Below are positions 29,123 through 42,007 of a stretch of 64,000 nt of DNA, one piece after another. How positions within the stretch are numbered: position 1 is the first letter of the stretch; each line of letters starts with the position of its first letter. The position numbers were made by a program, and so were the translations under genes. This DNA comes from Eledone cirrhosa (Eukaryota): the NCBI GenBank assembly GCA_964016885.1, contig OZ024740.1, forward strand, positions 163,308,001 through 163,372,000. The letters run 5' to 3'. The notes below the pieces were generated by a model. That model did no database searches. It had not been told where the DNA came from and saw only the letters and a list, made by a program, of their open reading frames with translations.

Positions 29123-29918
29123 TCAGGTGGCAAAAACATTGGCAAAAATTTGTGTCAATTTAAGATTTCCAACATTGTTCAAATGAATCATATCTGGTTT
29201 GAAGTCAGATTTGTCAAATTTTGACCAATTTTCAATGTTGTGAAGATTGGGCAAGTTCAATTTTTGAATCATTTCTTTCATGCAGTAATTAAACTTTTCC
29301 AAACGAGAATTTCTCTTGCCCAAGTCATTTTTATTTTCAATTACACTTTGTGGACGTGGAATGACACCACTGTAGAAAATGGGTGTACAGTAATGCTTTT
29401 CCGCTATTTTCTGTAGCCTTGCAAAGAGACTCTTCCCCTGTTTTTCCGGTTTTGTGCCTCGAATGGGCACTTTGTCCTTAATTTACAAATAGATGATTAA
29501 TAAAAAATACTTGGGCAAAAATTATTGTATTACTTTGCCCAGCTTTGTAGTGCCAACGGTGCGACGAGGATTCAGATCATTAGAGCCGACATGAACCACC
29601 AATACTTTCACAAAAGGACAACAGATAACAATGTTGGTGATTAACATTACCTGGCCCTGACGGGCCCCAGGTATACAAAATATCTAAGTATTTTTGTTGG
29701 TATGATAAGTAAATACATTTGAATTAATATTTTTATACCTTCTGGTCATTCGATTTCGCCACATTTCTAATTATGGATTTGTAAAAACTGGCATGAATGT
29801 GAATTTGATCAGTCCAATTGCCCGATTTTAGTGAAAAGTTTTGATTCGAAATGGAAATACTCCATTTCCATGCCATGGAAAAAATGAATAAGCCGATCAA
29901 AAAGCCGCGAAACATCAT
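29123..29918 (-). CDS. Spliced SGNH/GDSL-type hydrolase (esterase), ~227 aa; exons 29918-29739, 29683-29534, 29476-29123
   Basis: Two phase-0 GT-AG introns (55 and 57 nt) join one frame with SIIRNV (block I Ser), CIPGAR (II), VVHVGSND (III), SGVIPR and DMIHLNNVG (V). Confidence 0.8.
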
Positions 29919-29964
29919 TTTTAATTAAGCGAAATTAGTGGATGCAAATCTCAGAAAATATTGT

Positions 29965-30660
29965 ACACTATTCGCACCTATCGCACTATTCGCACTTATC
30001 GGTACAAAAATATAGCGCACTATTCGCACCTATCGGTACAAAAAATCGCACGACTGTTAATAATACTAGAAGTGCAAACTATCTGTTGAATACCGGGTAT
30101 ATGAAGAGCAACCGATACGATCGGTCGGCGATCGGTCTTGAAGAAGAATGAAGAATGAAGTGAAATTTTGGTCTGGTTGTTGTCATTGGTGTTTCGCAGA
30201 GATGCCGGCACGAACAAAGGTGTCAGTGACACAAAGTTGTCCGCTTGAACAAAGGTGTCGGTCCGACAAAGGTGTCAGTCAGACAAACAGTCAGAAAGTG
30301 TCACAGTCGGTGCGACAAAGCGATCGATACGATTAAAGAAAATTTAACTCACATGTTTACCTATATTTTCGCAAACTATTGATAGATTGGTACAAAAAAT
30401 AGCTTTGATAATAAACATAAATTTTTAACGAAGTATTTAAAAAGCATTTTAGCAGTGAAAAGTGAAGTAATGTTTCACATTGACGCAAGTAGGGCCGTTC
30501 AGAAATGACGTAGTCAATTAGGAGGAGGGGATTCGGCGATTTGACTACATTTGACTAACGTAATCACAATCACAAGAGTTCCGCCGAAAAAAATTCGTCA
30601 TTTCTGGATTACCTCCCCTAGCGTCACGCTTACTACTCACTCACTTGAACACAAGATTTA
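29965..30660 (-). promoter_or_regulatory. Iterated-motif / CRE-like region upstream of the SGNH gene
   Basis: TATTCGCAC(C/T)TATCG x3, CAAAGGTGTC x3, several TGACG/CGTCA half-sites; CpG-rich. Confidence 0.4.
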
Positions 30661-31150
30661 TCAGCAATCTTTGATTATGAACTTTTTCCCGCTGGACCAA
30701 ATTTCTAGATTTTTAAGCCAAAAGATGCGTAATGATCTACTGTTCATGCTCATATAAGTTTTATCTCAGTTAAATAAAGTAGAGCCGCGCTGTACTGTCG
30801 TAAACAGACGAGTGTCAACGAAAACACGACCACAACAATATTACTAAACGGACTGCCGTTTAGGATATATACCAAGTTGCTGCTGTCGTATTACGTAGTT
30901 TCTAAATAATAAAGCAAAAAAAAAAATTATTATCTGCAGCGACTACAATCCCATTACGCAATAGGTCGTGCTCCACCTTCTCCCGTTGTCTCTCGACTTT
31001 AATGCTTCAAACTATCCACCTAGATGACACGATGTCACGCATCAGGAAGTCTAATTTGTAAAACACAACGTAAGAAATAGAAAATAATCAAAAATACCCA
31101 AACCGTTAGAGAAATAAGCGAAATGATGAAAATCACAAAATACGATATAC

Positions 31151-31224
<74 letters not shown>

Positions 31225-31436
31225 ATGAGAAGAAAGAAGAATACTGCGTGGTTGCACGTGGGTTACATATGATAAAAATAGTCCTTCGTCAGTGATTTTC
31301 CAACCATCATTGGTATTTCATCGCATGTGTGTGAGTGTGTGTGCGTGTGTGTGTGTTTGTGTATGTGTGTGTGTGTATCCCGGGTTCAATCAGGTTCAAT
31401 GAAACAGTTCTAATCCTATAGAACCCATTTCTATAT

Positions 31437-31467
<31 letters not shown>

Positions 31468-31472
<5 letters not shown>

Positions 31473-32195
31473 AATAAATTTACATATTTGAAAGCCCTAA
31501 AATGCGTACAAGATGGGTACAAGTGCCAAGGTAATAGGAGATATAGAAGAGAAAATGATCAGGATAGAATTTTACCTTAGCAAATTTAATTATCTCAAAT
31601 ATTTTCGGGTTTCAAAACCCATTATCAAGAGAGGTTCCGTGTGTAGGTGTTCAGACATTGAACTCTAACGTTTTCATTCATTCATTAAAATTAAATCTCC
31701 GTCCTCACTACACATACACATTTACACTTATATTACCCACATATGTTTCCCTTATATCATATACATATTCGCACACGCCTTTCGCTACGAAAACTTACAC
31801 TCACGCACACCATACCAATATTCTCATACGTCTCTCACTAAGCACACTTACATTCACGCTTACACATGCATATATCAAACATATATTCTCAAACGTATTT
31901 CACTAGTTGAACATGCAAAGCTTTAAATTTTAACGTTTTTTCCGTACATCTAAATTAAATCTGCCAGCAAAAAAAAAAAAAAAAAATTCTTTTTCTCCGA
32001 TTATTCTTTGAACACCTACACACGGATCCTCTGTTGATAATGGGTTTTTAAATACGAAAATATTTAAGATAATTAAATTTGCTAAGATAAAATTCAATCG
32101 TCCTCACTCTTTCCTTTATATTTCCTATCAGCTTGGCACTTTTAATCTTGTGCGCATTGTAGGGTATTCAAATATTTAAACTTATTTAAATTTTT
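31468..32195. repeat. Diverged inverted repeat (~190-bp arms) carrying hammerhead motifs, between microsatellites
   Basis: 31468-31655 vs 32007-32195. Confidence 0.85.
31593..31632 (-). ncRNA. Minimal hammerhead, U3-A8 core variant (decayed mirror at 32029-32070 +)
   Basis: UCUC-UUGAUAA-U-GGGUU uuga AACCC-GAAA-AUAU-UU-GAGA. Confidence 0.7.
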
Positions 32196-32237
32196 ATTTC
32201 CTATTCCACAATGCTTCGAGCAAACTACAACTCTCTG

Positions 32238-32343
<106 letters not shown>

Positions 32344-32517
32344 CCCCTCCCCCACATATATATATATATAACGATACATTAACGGAGCCATAGTCTCTCG
32401 CCGTTCCCTGTAAATATGTGGTTTTTCCCTGTTTTATTGATAGCGCACTGTATCTCTCTCTAGTGTGTTACCTTTTCAACATGTATTTTCTATATATAGG
32501 GATGTTACCTTGCTGTC

Positions 32518-32575
32518 CTCATGATTTCTTTTGAATGAAACAGTTCTAGTCATGTAGAAGTCACTTCTGTATTAA
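32518..32575 (+). ncRNA. Decayed copy of the 57750 hammerhead family (partial copy also at 31397-31440)
   Basis: CUCAUGA-UUUC..GAAU-GAAACAGUUCUAGUCAUGUAGAAG. Confidence 0.55.
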
Positions 32576-32695
32576 ACTTGATGAACCTTTGATTCCAGAG
32601 TCGGGCCCGATCGGCACAGATCGAACCTTGAGCTGATCAATCACGAAACGCCCGTCACACCTAAATAAATGTAATGAAAATTTGACACCTCGTCC

Positions 32696-32772
<77 letters not shown>

Positions 32773-34799
32773 CATATGATCGTGGTATGATATTTGTAGA
32801 TCATACATCAGAAAAATTCGTTCTTATGTACACTACTCAAGTAAAATAAGAGTTAGTGGAATGTCGAGTAAGTTTAATTGCCATGAGTGGTAGAAAGCCA
32901 AATGGTTCAGGTTCTTTCCTTTCGACAGAGTTCCAAGTGGTTGTCATAGAATGTATTCGACATAAAAACATTGTTATTTAGTGTGTACGGGCGTGTGTTT
33001 GCTTGTTTTTCGTGTGGGTGTGTGTTTGTGTGTGTTTGTGATGTGTGTGCGTATGTGCATGTGTGTGGCGTATGTCTATGCTGTGTATGATGTGTATTTG
33101 TATGGATATATAGCAACTGCTAATAAACATACTCTGTTATACAGTCGTAGATGTAGATGTAATAAATTCCAAAAATACATGATTAAATAGAGCCTCACGT
33201 ATCCTCTTCATGAAACTGTTTTGTACGTGAAAACATATAATTATTATAACCTGATATGTTGAGAACATTAAATAACTTCTTATATTATAGAGAAAAAGTA
33301 TTTGGTAAGCATGAGAAGTAGAGTTACATTCCCTCTTTATATTGTTTCTTGCATAGTTTGTGGAATATGTGTAGGTTGTTGTTGTTATTGTTATTTTTGT
33401 TTAAGGCCAGGCGCGACCAGCCATGACTGAGAAAATCTATGATCAAAGACATTTCACTCATGATTGTCCGGTCTTTTTGTTTTCGTATATTTCTAAGACT
33501 ATATAATCTAGATTGTATTTTCCTTTTAAGACAGGTCCGGAAGTAAATTTGATATAAATATGATTGCTATTTCCAGCAGGCTAAGTGACCTCAGAGAAGC
33601 TCCTTTGTTAGACCAATAAAGTTTATGTTTTTATATTTATTGTTGCTGTTAATTAGTCCCAGGTTAAGGCTCAGCTGAAAATGAGTACCAGCAGTTGCTG
33701 GGGGTTAAACTTGCGATAGACTAGGTCCTGTCTAAAGGGAGTCTTCTACTCTTTGTCACCTAATCCTAATGAAACCAGTATCAGTTTCGGTCTGATAGGC
33801 CTCCAGTCTTAGAACAAACTTTAACATTAATGTATTAGAACCACAATATCTAATATATTTATTTTAAAGACATTAATTGAGATATTTCTATTTTCAGTAT
33901 ATCATAGTTTCTAAATAGACATATATAATCTTCTCAGTCCCAAAATACCAAAATACCAAAGCACAAAAGCTTAACTTTGCACCCCAGAAACTATTCAGCC
34001 TGCTTTGATTGTTGCGTGAATAACATATGACGTTATTGTTTCTTATAAGGTGTGTTATACATGACACGGTATTTTTGTATTGAACCTCCTTTAGTTTAAA
34101 CGATGAGTGTTCAAGTTTATTAGGTCAACGGCAAGGGGCTGAGTATTCCACTGAGACATGTATCCGTAATGTAGTTCTCAATGAAATTCATAGAGACAAG
34201 GTGTATGACAAGGTTGGCCCTCTAAATTACAGATATAGCTCATTTTTGCCAGCTGAGTGGACTGGAGCAACGTGAAATAAAGTATCTTGTTCAAGGACAC
34301 CACTGCCACCGGGAATCAAACCCGTGACCTTACTATCATGAGTCGATCACACTAACCAATAAGCCACACAAATTCACTGTAAGTTACACTTGATTGTGTG
34401 TATGTGGAGATTTGCAGCTGGTCGTGTCAATCAGTGCAGCGTTGTGTCCATGTTGAATATAATTATCCTTATATATGCACAGCAAATGAATATAATTTAC
34501 TGTTTTGAGCAGCTGGAACTGTTTAGCCTTGCAGTGTTGAATTCAAATCTTGCTCTAAGTTGCTGTTGTTTGTGTTGTTGTCGTTGTTGTTTCACTCCAG
34601 ACGAATCCTGATCTGGTAAACCTATTATAAACAAAGGCATTCCAGTCACGATGATTCCAACATTTTAAGGTTATTTAGGAATGTATTAGTTGGTGTATCC
34701 ATCCTATTTAAGATGACAGCATGCGATTTGGGGGAGATTTATCTGATATTTCTTGCAGGTAAGGCAATGCCACAGAAGTTCCCTCATCTTTCTATAATT

Positions 34800-35400
34800 G
34801 TAGCTGAGCTGTGTCTGAACTGGACACTAAAAGAACTAGCAGGAATAGACAGAAAAATCAAGAAAAATAATGATTTTATTTAGAATACACCACCCAAATC
34901 CAGATGTAGAAAGATTCGGCCTTGAATGAACAAAATGGCTATAGGACCTTATGAAACTGGAAAACTATTAAATGATAACCACTCTAGGACTAGAAAAATA
35001 TCTAATGAAGAATAAAAGAGGGCTAATAAAAATAGCCACGAAGCATGAACAATGCAAAAAAAGAAAAAAATGCTCTTTGTCTTCAAGAAAGTCAATAAGT
35101 TAAAAACATGCTGAATTGACAAATAGTTATGAAGAGAATGAAAAACAAAGAACAACAGCAATGGCGAAAAAGATAAAAATCTAAACTGAAGAGCATCTCC
35201 ACCTACTATGCTAAATCGATGATAAGAAAGACATGGCCAATTCTTGAAAAAAGCTGAATAAGGCAGACGTAGACAAGTAAAACTTACAAAACTGGCAAAG
35301 AAGCATTGGAATAAAAGCTAAGACTGAAGGATATCCAAATGTTACATAATATCAAAGCCTCCTCACCATATACAATGAAGCAGTACACAGAGGGTAATTG
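34800..35400 (+). mobile_element. Old R4/Dong-like LINE fragment
   Basis: NWTLKELAGIDRKI...HHPNPDVER...GIKAKTEG remnants. Confidence 0.65.
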
Positions 35401-35621
35401 CAGAATATTTGGGATGGTGGAAGATAATTAACTCCCTGAAAAGGTCACAGCTGTTTTCTCCTTACACTTGACTAATACAAAAAATGTAAACAGTGGAATA
35501 AAATTAGAATGAAGCACCATTTATACATTAGATAGATGTTGCTCCATGGTTCCGACAGGCAGAAAAACAAATGCATTTCCCCGGAGAATTGCGAGGGAGA
35601 TGTGCTTAAAGAGCCAGTCCT

Positions 35622-36026
35622 AGTATGTTCAGTGTTTGTATTATAAAGTTTCAATATCATTTTAAAAATATATAAGGATCAGAAATCCAAGTATGTTCAG
35701 TGTTTGTATTATAAAGTTTCAATATAATTTTTAAAATATATAAGGATCAGAAATCCAAGTATGTTCAGTGTTTGTATTATAAAGTTTCAATATCATTTTA
35801 AAAATATATAAGGATCAGAAATCCAAGTATGTTCAGTGTTTGTATTATAAAGTTTCAATATCATTTTTAAAATATATAAGGATCAGAAATCCAAGTATGT
35901 TCAGTGTTTGTATTATAAAGTTTCAATATAATTTTTTAAATATATAAGGATCAGAAATCCAAGTATGTTCAGTGTTTGTATTATAAAGTTTCAATATAAT
36001 TTTTAAAATATATAAGGATCAGAAAT
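35622..36026. repeat. 68-bp minisatellite, ~6 copies
   Basis: Unit AGTATGTTCAGTGTTTGTATTATAAAGTTTCAATAT...GGATCAGAAATCCA. Confidence 0.95.
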
Positions 36027-38332
36027 GATATTGTACTAAATGTTCTGTAGATTAATTGCTTCAGGAATATATAGCCAAAGCAGAGAAATATTATTTAAAG
36101 AGGCCAGTGCAGTACAGTATATTAAGTGACCAGGAAACAATTAAGATGTATTAAAAGATTGATAAGCCCTTTAGATTCAAGTGAGTAAAGCAAATTAGTA
36201 CAGATTTATTTTAAGAATAATCACGTTAATAAAACGTTCGAGGACAATGTTGGTGGTCTATGTCGGCATTTCCTTGCGGCACATCAACTTACCCGACTTT
36301 TATGTTTATTTGTCTGTTTTCGTACTTATTTTAGACTAATGTTGGTAAATTATGTGATGTGAAAAGAAAAATACGCGAAAGATAAAGTAGAAAATAATTC
36401 ATCCGACCAAAAGAATATAAATATATATTCAGTTTCTGCACGCAACACTCGAGATATATTGCTGATTACAATATATATTTATAGAGAACGAAAGAATTAG
36501 ATGTATGTGTGTATGCCTGCTTCTGTTTCATCATTATTAAATATTCCTGTAGGATGAACCAGCGAAGGAGTTGCTAGGTGGTTGATCAACTTCTTAGAAA
36601 TAGCAGCCAAATATCCCTCAAATTACATCCAACCGTCTTAAACAAACTGGATAATGTGGTCCTGGGTTCCTGCACATAGAAAAACAAAAGGATGGTCACA
36701 TGTGAAATGTTTTTCAATATGGCAAAACACCAGCAACAGTCCTACAGAAAAAAGGTTTTGCCAATAAAACTAGACGCTTACCTCATTTACACCTACCTAT
36801 ATGTGTAATTTACATTTATTAACATTTATATATGATACTAGGTTATTGCTCTAGTTGTTGTTTTGGACAATTAAAACTTGAAACTGCATATATATGATTA
36901 AAATCATTCCGGTCGTAACCATTCTATACACAGGGAACTCAGGACCACTTTATTCAACGTGTTTTGAAGGGTAATCATGTAGATGCTCCCTCGTTAGATC
37001 ATAAAGGCTCGGTTAATAGAATGCTGCAAAAATATTTTTTGTCAAACCAAATTCAGTAGCTATATTAAATCTCACCACATAATTTTTTTTTCGCCATAAT
37101 TATCCCTCTCTTTCTCTGTCAGTGTAATTTTAAGTGGAAGAATTCAACTGAAAAATTAGGAAAGCAACATCCGTGCTCTAGTAATTATTTTAACATGCAG
37201 TTGACCCATGCTTGTGTAGTTCTAAATTTAATTTCGTACAGCAAGTTTACATTTTGTGCCAAAAACAATATATATGCTTGCATTGAAAATGATGGTTAAT
37301 ATACTTAAAATTCTCATAAAATGTTAAAAATAGCCATTACAAAACACTGGGTCATGTCACCTGCCTCATAGATTTGTGTAGTTATTCGTGCAACTGCAAA
37401 ATTTCCTTAACATAAACACTGCTGAGAACTGTGGAAAAAAGATTGTACCCAACGTCGTAAACAAGTGTACACATATATATATATATACATAATACCTGTA
37501 GCCAGACATGGTGCATGGATATTTAACACATTAGTCTACCCCTACAATTTACGCCCTCTTCTCCAGTTATGCGTCTCATTCCCACGAATAAAATAAATTC
37601 AACTTACAGTTTGGTAAGCTGACAGACATAGCTTTTGAGATTTCTTGTTCTTGCTACAATATGAAAATTACTAAACTTGTATTTTCCACTACACATTTCA
37701 TACTCACCCACGACAAATAATGTTAGGTCATATCACTGTACGATCTTTTTCACCGCTTTGGTTATTTCCAAAATGTTGTTACGTGACGAAGATAATTAGC
37801 GATTAATTTATTGATTTAATTAGACAAATTTCTATGATCTTTAAGATTCAGTATTGCACCTTTCGGAGGACTGCTCCCTATACAGCTGCCTATTTGGTCT
37901 TAATCGTAGCACTGGCTCAGCCAATACACTTACTCTTATGGGGCCAACGAGTATGCTTCTATGTCAGTGGTTCCAGAAGTGGGTTCCACAAACGAGTGTC
38001 TGGGACTCCGTGAAAAAGGTAGCCCCGCCCTTTTACGTTCTGCATTCAAATAACACCAGGATCAACTTGGCATTTCAGAACTTTGATAACATAAAGTCAG
38101 TCAAGAACGGTGCCGGTTTAATAAATTTCAGGAAAAACTTTCACGGCAAGCACGCTCACATAGATATATAGTAAGAAGGACTAGGGCTCTTTTTACTTAT
38201 ATATCTTAATTAATTACCAACATAAACACTAATTATATGCAAATTAGTACGATCATTTCCGAACAATACTAAGAGCGAATGTGTATATATACCTATCAAA
38301 TACGTGTTTCTTTTTGGTTGATTGGATGATAT

Positions 38333-38384
38333 ACACACCTTCTGATGAGTGTCCAATGAGATACAAAAATCGATTAAATGTGTT
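38333..38384 (+). ncRNA. Decayed minimal hammerhead
   Basis: CUGAUGA-GUGUC caauga GAUAC-AAAA (G12A)-AUCGAU (palindrome)-UA-AAUGUGU. Confidence 0.55.
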
Positions 38385-39074
38385 TAATATTGTTTACAAT
38401 TTACAGGGAAATTCGTATTTTCTGGCATATTTACATGGCTACATATTAATTATGTCTATATATTTATACACGTTTGTGCAGTTTCGGTTATACTCTCTCT
38501 ATTTATACAGATATAACTTTATTATACACTTTGGCTGCTAGCTCACTTCTGACTAAATATATGATATAATATAATATATTATATAATAATAATATATATA
38601 TATAATATAATATAATATATTATATAAGATATATATAATATAATATATATTTAATATGATGTAATGTAATATAATATATATATAATGTGTACTGCATTAA
38701 TATTACCATTTAATTATTAACGTTGCCAAACGAATGCACGTTTATCAAGTTGCTTGCCAAGACAATAAAACCTATGGAAATAAATATAGTAAAATAGTAA
38801 AAGTGACAGAACTACATCTTTCACTCAGCGAATCTTCGTTACCTTAAATCTGCGATAAAATTGATTCAACCCTTGAGGGAAACGAAAACTAAAGAGATAA
38901 ACTAAAGACACGATGTACATTATATATGAAATATTTGAATAGGATTTCAATGAACGAAAGGAAACCGAAAACTATCCCACCTGACTGATAAATAAAGAGG
39001 AGTGTTATTGTCTAATATTCAACTAGAACGAAAGAAACTAAATATAAATCTAAGCTTGTAATACGTTTATGTCA

Positions 39075-39115
39075 GGCGACACACTTCATTCTCCAAAGTA
39101 AATCTCTTCAGAGCC
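39075..39115 (-). ncRNA. Decayed minimal hammerhead candidate
   Basis: GGCU-CUGAAGA-...AAU-GAAG-UGUG-UC-GCC; UGUG could be CpG-decayed CGCG. Confidence 0.35.
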
Positions 39116-39395
39116 CCTTCCAACACATAAATAATCGTTACTGACTAGCTTTATGCATTTCATTGCATATATTGATTTTTAACATTGAAATAATGCTTGA
39201 GTATTTTGGCAAGAAGGATATGGGATACATTCGCACATTCGTATTCAGACATATCACACACACACACAAACACACATATTTATATATATATAAACGTATA
39301 TACATATGTATACATGTCAATGTAAATACATGTATATATGTATAACATGTGTAATGTATGTTTGTGTGTGTATATATATGTATATATATATTATA

Positions 39396-39506
<111 letters not shown>

Positions 39507-39639
39507 GTGTGCGTGTATGATCTATGAATCAATAATCAGTAACTTTAATTTACATCACTTAAAATCTCACACACGTAGAAGATGCTGCCAATCCAGTTGT
39601 CGAGGCTGCCAGGAATTCTAAAGAAGGTTGATTTTCGTT

Positions 39640-40330
39640 GGATGATTTGTTATTTCGTTCCTTTTTGTCACTTTAGATCATGATATAGAGAAGTGCTAAA
39701 CGACTGGTAGGTGATAGTTTGAACGTCCTTAGTTTGTTCAAGGACTTTTCTGAATTTGGATGCAATAGTACCTGCAAATCTGTTCCTGATTTCCTTATCT
39801 GCCAGTGCTTCCCAGTTTAACGTGTAGGTCGAGCTAGACCTGAAGGTTTTGTGTACTCTTTTGGCTTTAGGAAGTCTCAGGTTGCAGATAACTCCATGTT
39901 GATCAGTTGACAGCTCAGTTTATCTTTTAACATGAACATCCCGCACAAAATCGAAGATATCAGATTGATCTTTGTCCCCGATTCGTCTTATACAATGTGT
40001 ATTTATCCATGTCTTTGTGCTGGAAGGTGTTCATAATAAAGAGCCTATTACTAGAACAGATGTCAAATAAGGTTTCTTCATTCGTACTTAGATCGAGATC
40101 GCCGTTCCTTGCAATCACTACTTTCCATGTTAGGTAGTCAGTTCCAATATGTGCATTGAAGTTTCCCATTGGGATATATAGCCCAGTCTTAACTACATCT
40201 AACGTTTCAGTGACTTCATCAAGGAAGTATCTCTATTCGGGCTCTCTGTTGAGGCATAAACCTGCACCCTCAACAGATACCTTTCAGCCTAAGCTTTAAG
40301 AGGCAATTTTTCCTTTCAATGAAATGCAAA
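39640..40330 (-). mobile_element. RTE-clade LINE AP-endonuclease fragment
   Basis: MGNFNAHIG...LFIMNTFQHK...YT.Y...RSI, followed by an STDQH-like (SDH) motif. Confidence 0.8.
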
Positions 40331-41074
40331 GGACATCGCTGCATCATTGCTTTCATCAGATTTTAAACATTTATCGTTCAATTCGCATTGTAGTAGCCTT
40401 CAAACAAAACACTATCATCTATAATATTATTCTGCTAGTCACATCACATATAGTCTTTTGTTATACTTGTAATATCCTGTGCTTTTCTTACAAGTATAAA
40501 ATGTTCAGATAATTGTTTCTAATAACGAAAGACGATATCTCCCTGGAACTCCATTTTAGAAATTCCGGAAGGATGAAAAGCCAAGCTGAACATAGCAGGA
40601 TATGGACTCAGAATGTAAGAGCCGTAACTATATGCTGCAAATCATTTTGTCCGTCACTCTAACAGTTCTCCCAAATCCAATTCCCTCATGTTTAGATAAT
40701 AATCAATATTATTTGATCAGGAGCTCATTAATACCACCACACAAATTCCTTTGTGGCCATCACCAATTTCTTTAGAAGAACGTCGGAAAGTGAGCTTCCT
40801 CTCCAACAAAAGTAGGATGCTATCAATATTTGGAATGGAAACTTCTATTTGATTTGTTACTTTTATTCTATTTGTTGATTGATTGGTGTTCGAACAACGT
40901 TCATTGCTGCTTCACTTCCTTCTTTCCATGAAAAATAGCTTTCCTACAAGGGAGAATTTTCTGGACTTGGAACGCGATCTTTTAATTTTCGCCACCATTT
41001 CTCAATATTCCACACATAATAACTGGTAACTACTCACATATTAGATGGGTAATTATAATTGGTATACAAAACAT

Positions 41075-42000
41075 GGCCGGCGAATTGGCTGAGTCGCTTG
41101 AACATTGGATAGAGTTGTTTGCGATATTCATTTCGGCTCTTTGTGTTCTAAGTTCAAAACCCTCCAAAGTCAACTTTACCTGTCATCCTGTCAAGGTCGA
41201 TAAAACATTACCAATCTAGAAATATGGCGGATTATTCTTGCCTCTCTCTTTTTCCTTCTCTGGAAGAAATCGAACCTGGAAAGGGATAGTCTCCGTCAGG
41301 TTTAAATGCTCAAGACACGCCGTTTGACTCAATCAGTAGTTACGGGTACATAAGTACAAAACAAAACAAAAGCAAGCTACACAAAACAGTAATTACTTTT
41401 ACTCCATTCTGTTTCATATATTTTTCTCCGTTTTCAGTGTGACTATAAAAAGACGAGTTGAAAATAAATGGTTCTTATTCATGGGAAGAACAGTTGGGGC
41501 TACAATGCCAGACACGCTTAGAAATGTTTCAGTTTCATCATTCTTTAATAAACCCAATGTCTATTTGTGATAAGGAGGTTTTTCATGTTGTGGAGCCTTT
41601 TATCGCTAGAGCGTCGAACAACATGCTTTGTGGCATAGAGTTACGGCCCCTTACGTTTTGTGTTCAAATACGCTTAGGTTTGCTATGCCTTTCATCCTTA
41701 TGGGCTCGATAAAATAAAATACCAGTAACTAGCTAGAGCCGATTAAATCGACTTTCCCCTCGCCCAAAATTGTTGGCCTTGTGCCTAAATCAGAAACCAT
41801 TATTATCAACGGTGGATTGGCAGTACCAGAAGAGGGTCGGACGTCATGCTTTGACGCATAGAGTTACGGCCCTTTCTATTCTGAGTTCAAATCCCGCCGA
41901 GGTCAACTTTGCCTTTCATCCTTACGGGGTCGATAAACTAAAGTACCAGTAATGTACTGGGTAATTGCTGGCCTTGTGCCCAAAGTAGAAACAATTATTA
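41075..42000 (+). mobile_element. Cluster of Nin/Deu-core tRNA SINEs (about 41075-41225, 41600-41790, 41810-42000)
   Basis: GAGTTCAAATCCCGCCGAGGTCAACTTTGCCTTTCATCC...GTACCAGT. Confidence 0.8.
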
Positions 42001-42007
42001 TCAACTA

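Noticed and set aside
30995-31051. Hammerhead at the right end of the cargo cassette (minus strand)
   Set aside because: The core reads CUGAUGC...GAAG with a shifted stem I; too many deviations to call.
35622-36026. CRISPR-like array
   Set aside because: Head-to-tail, near-identical 68-mers with no spacers.
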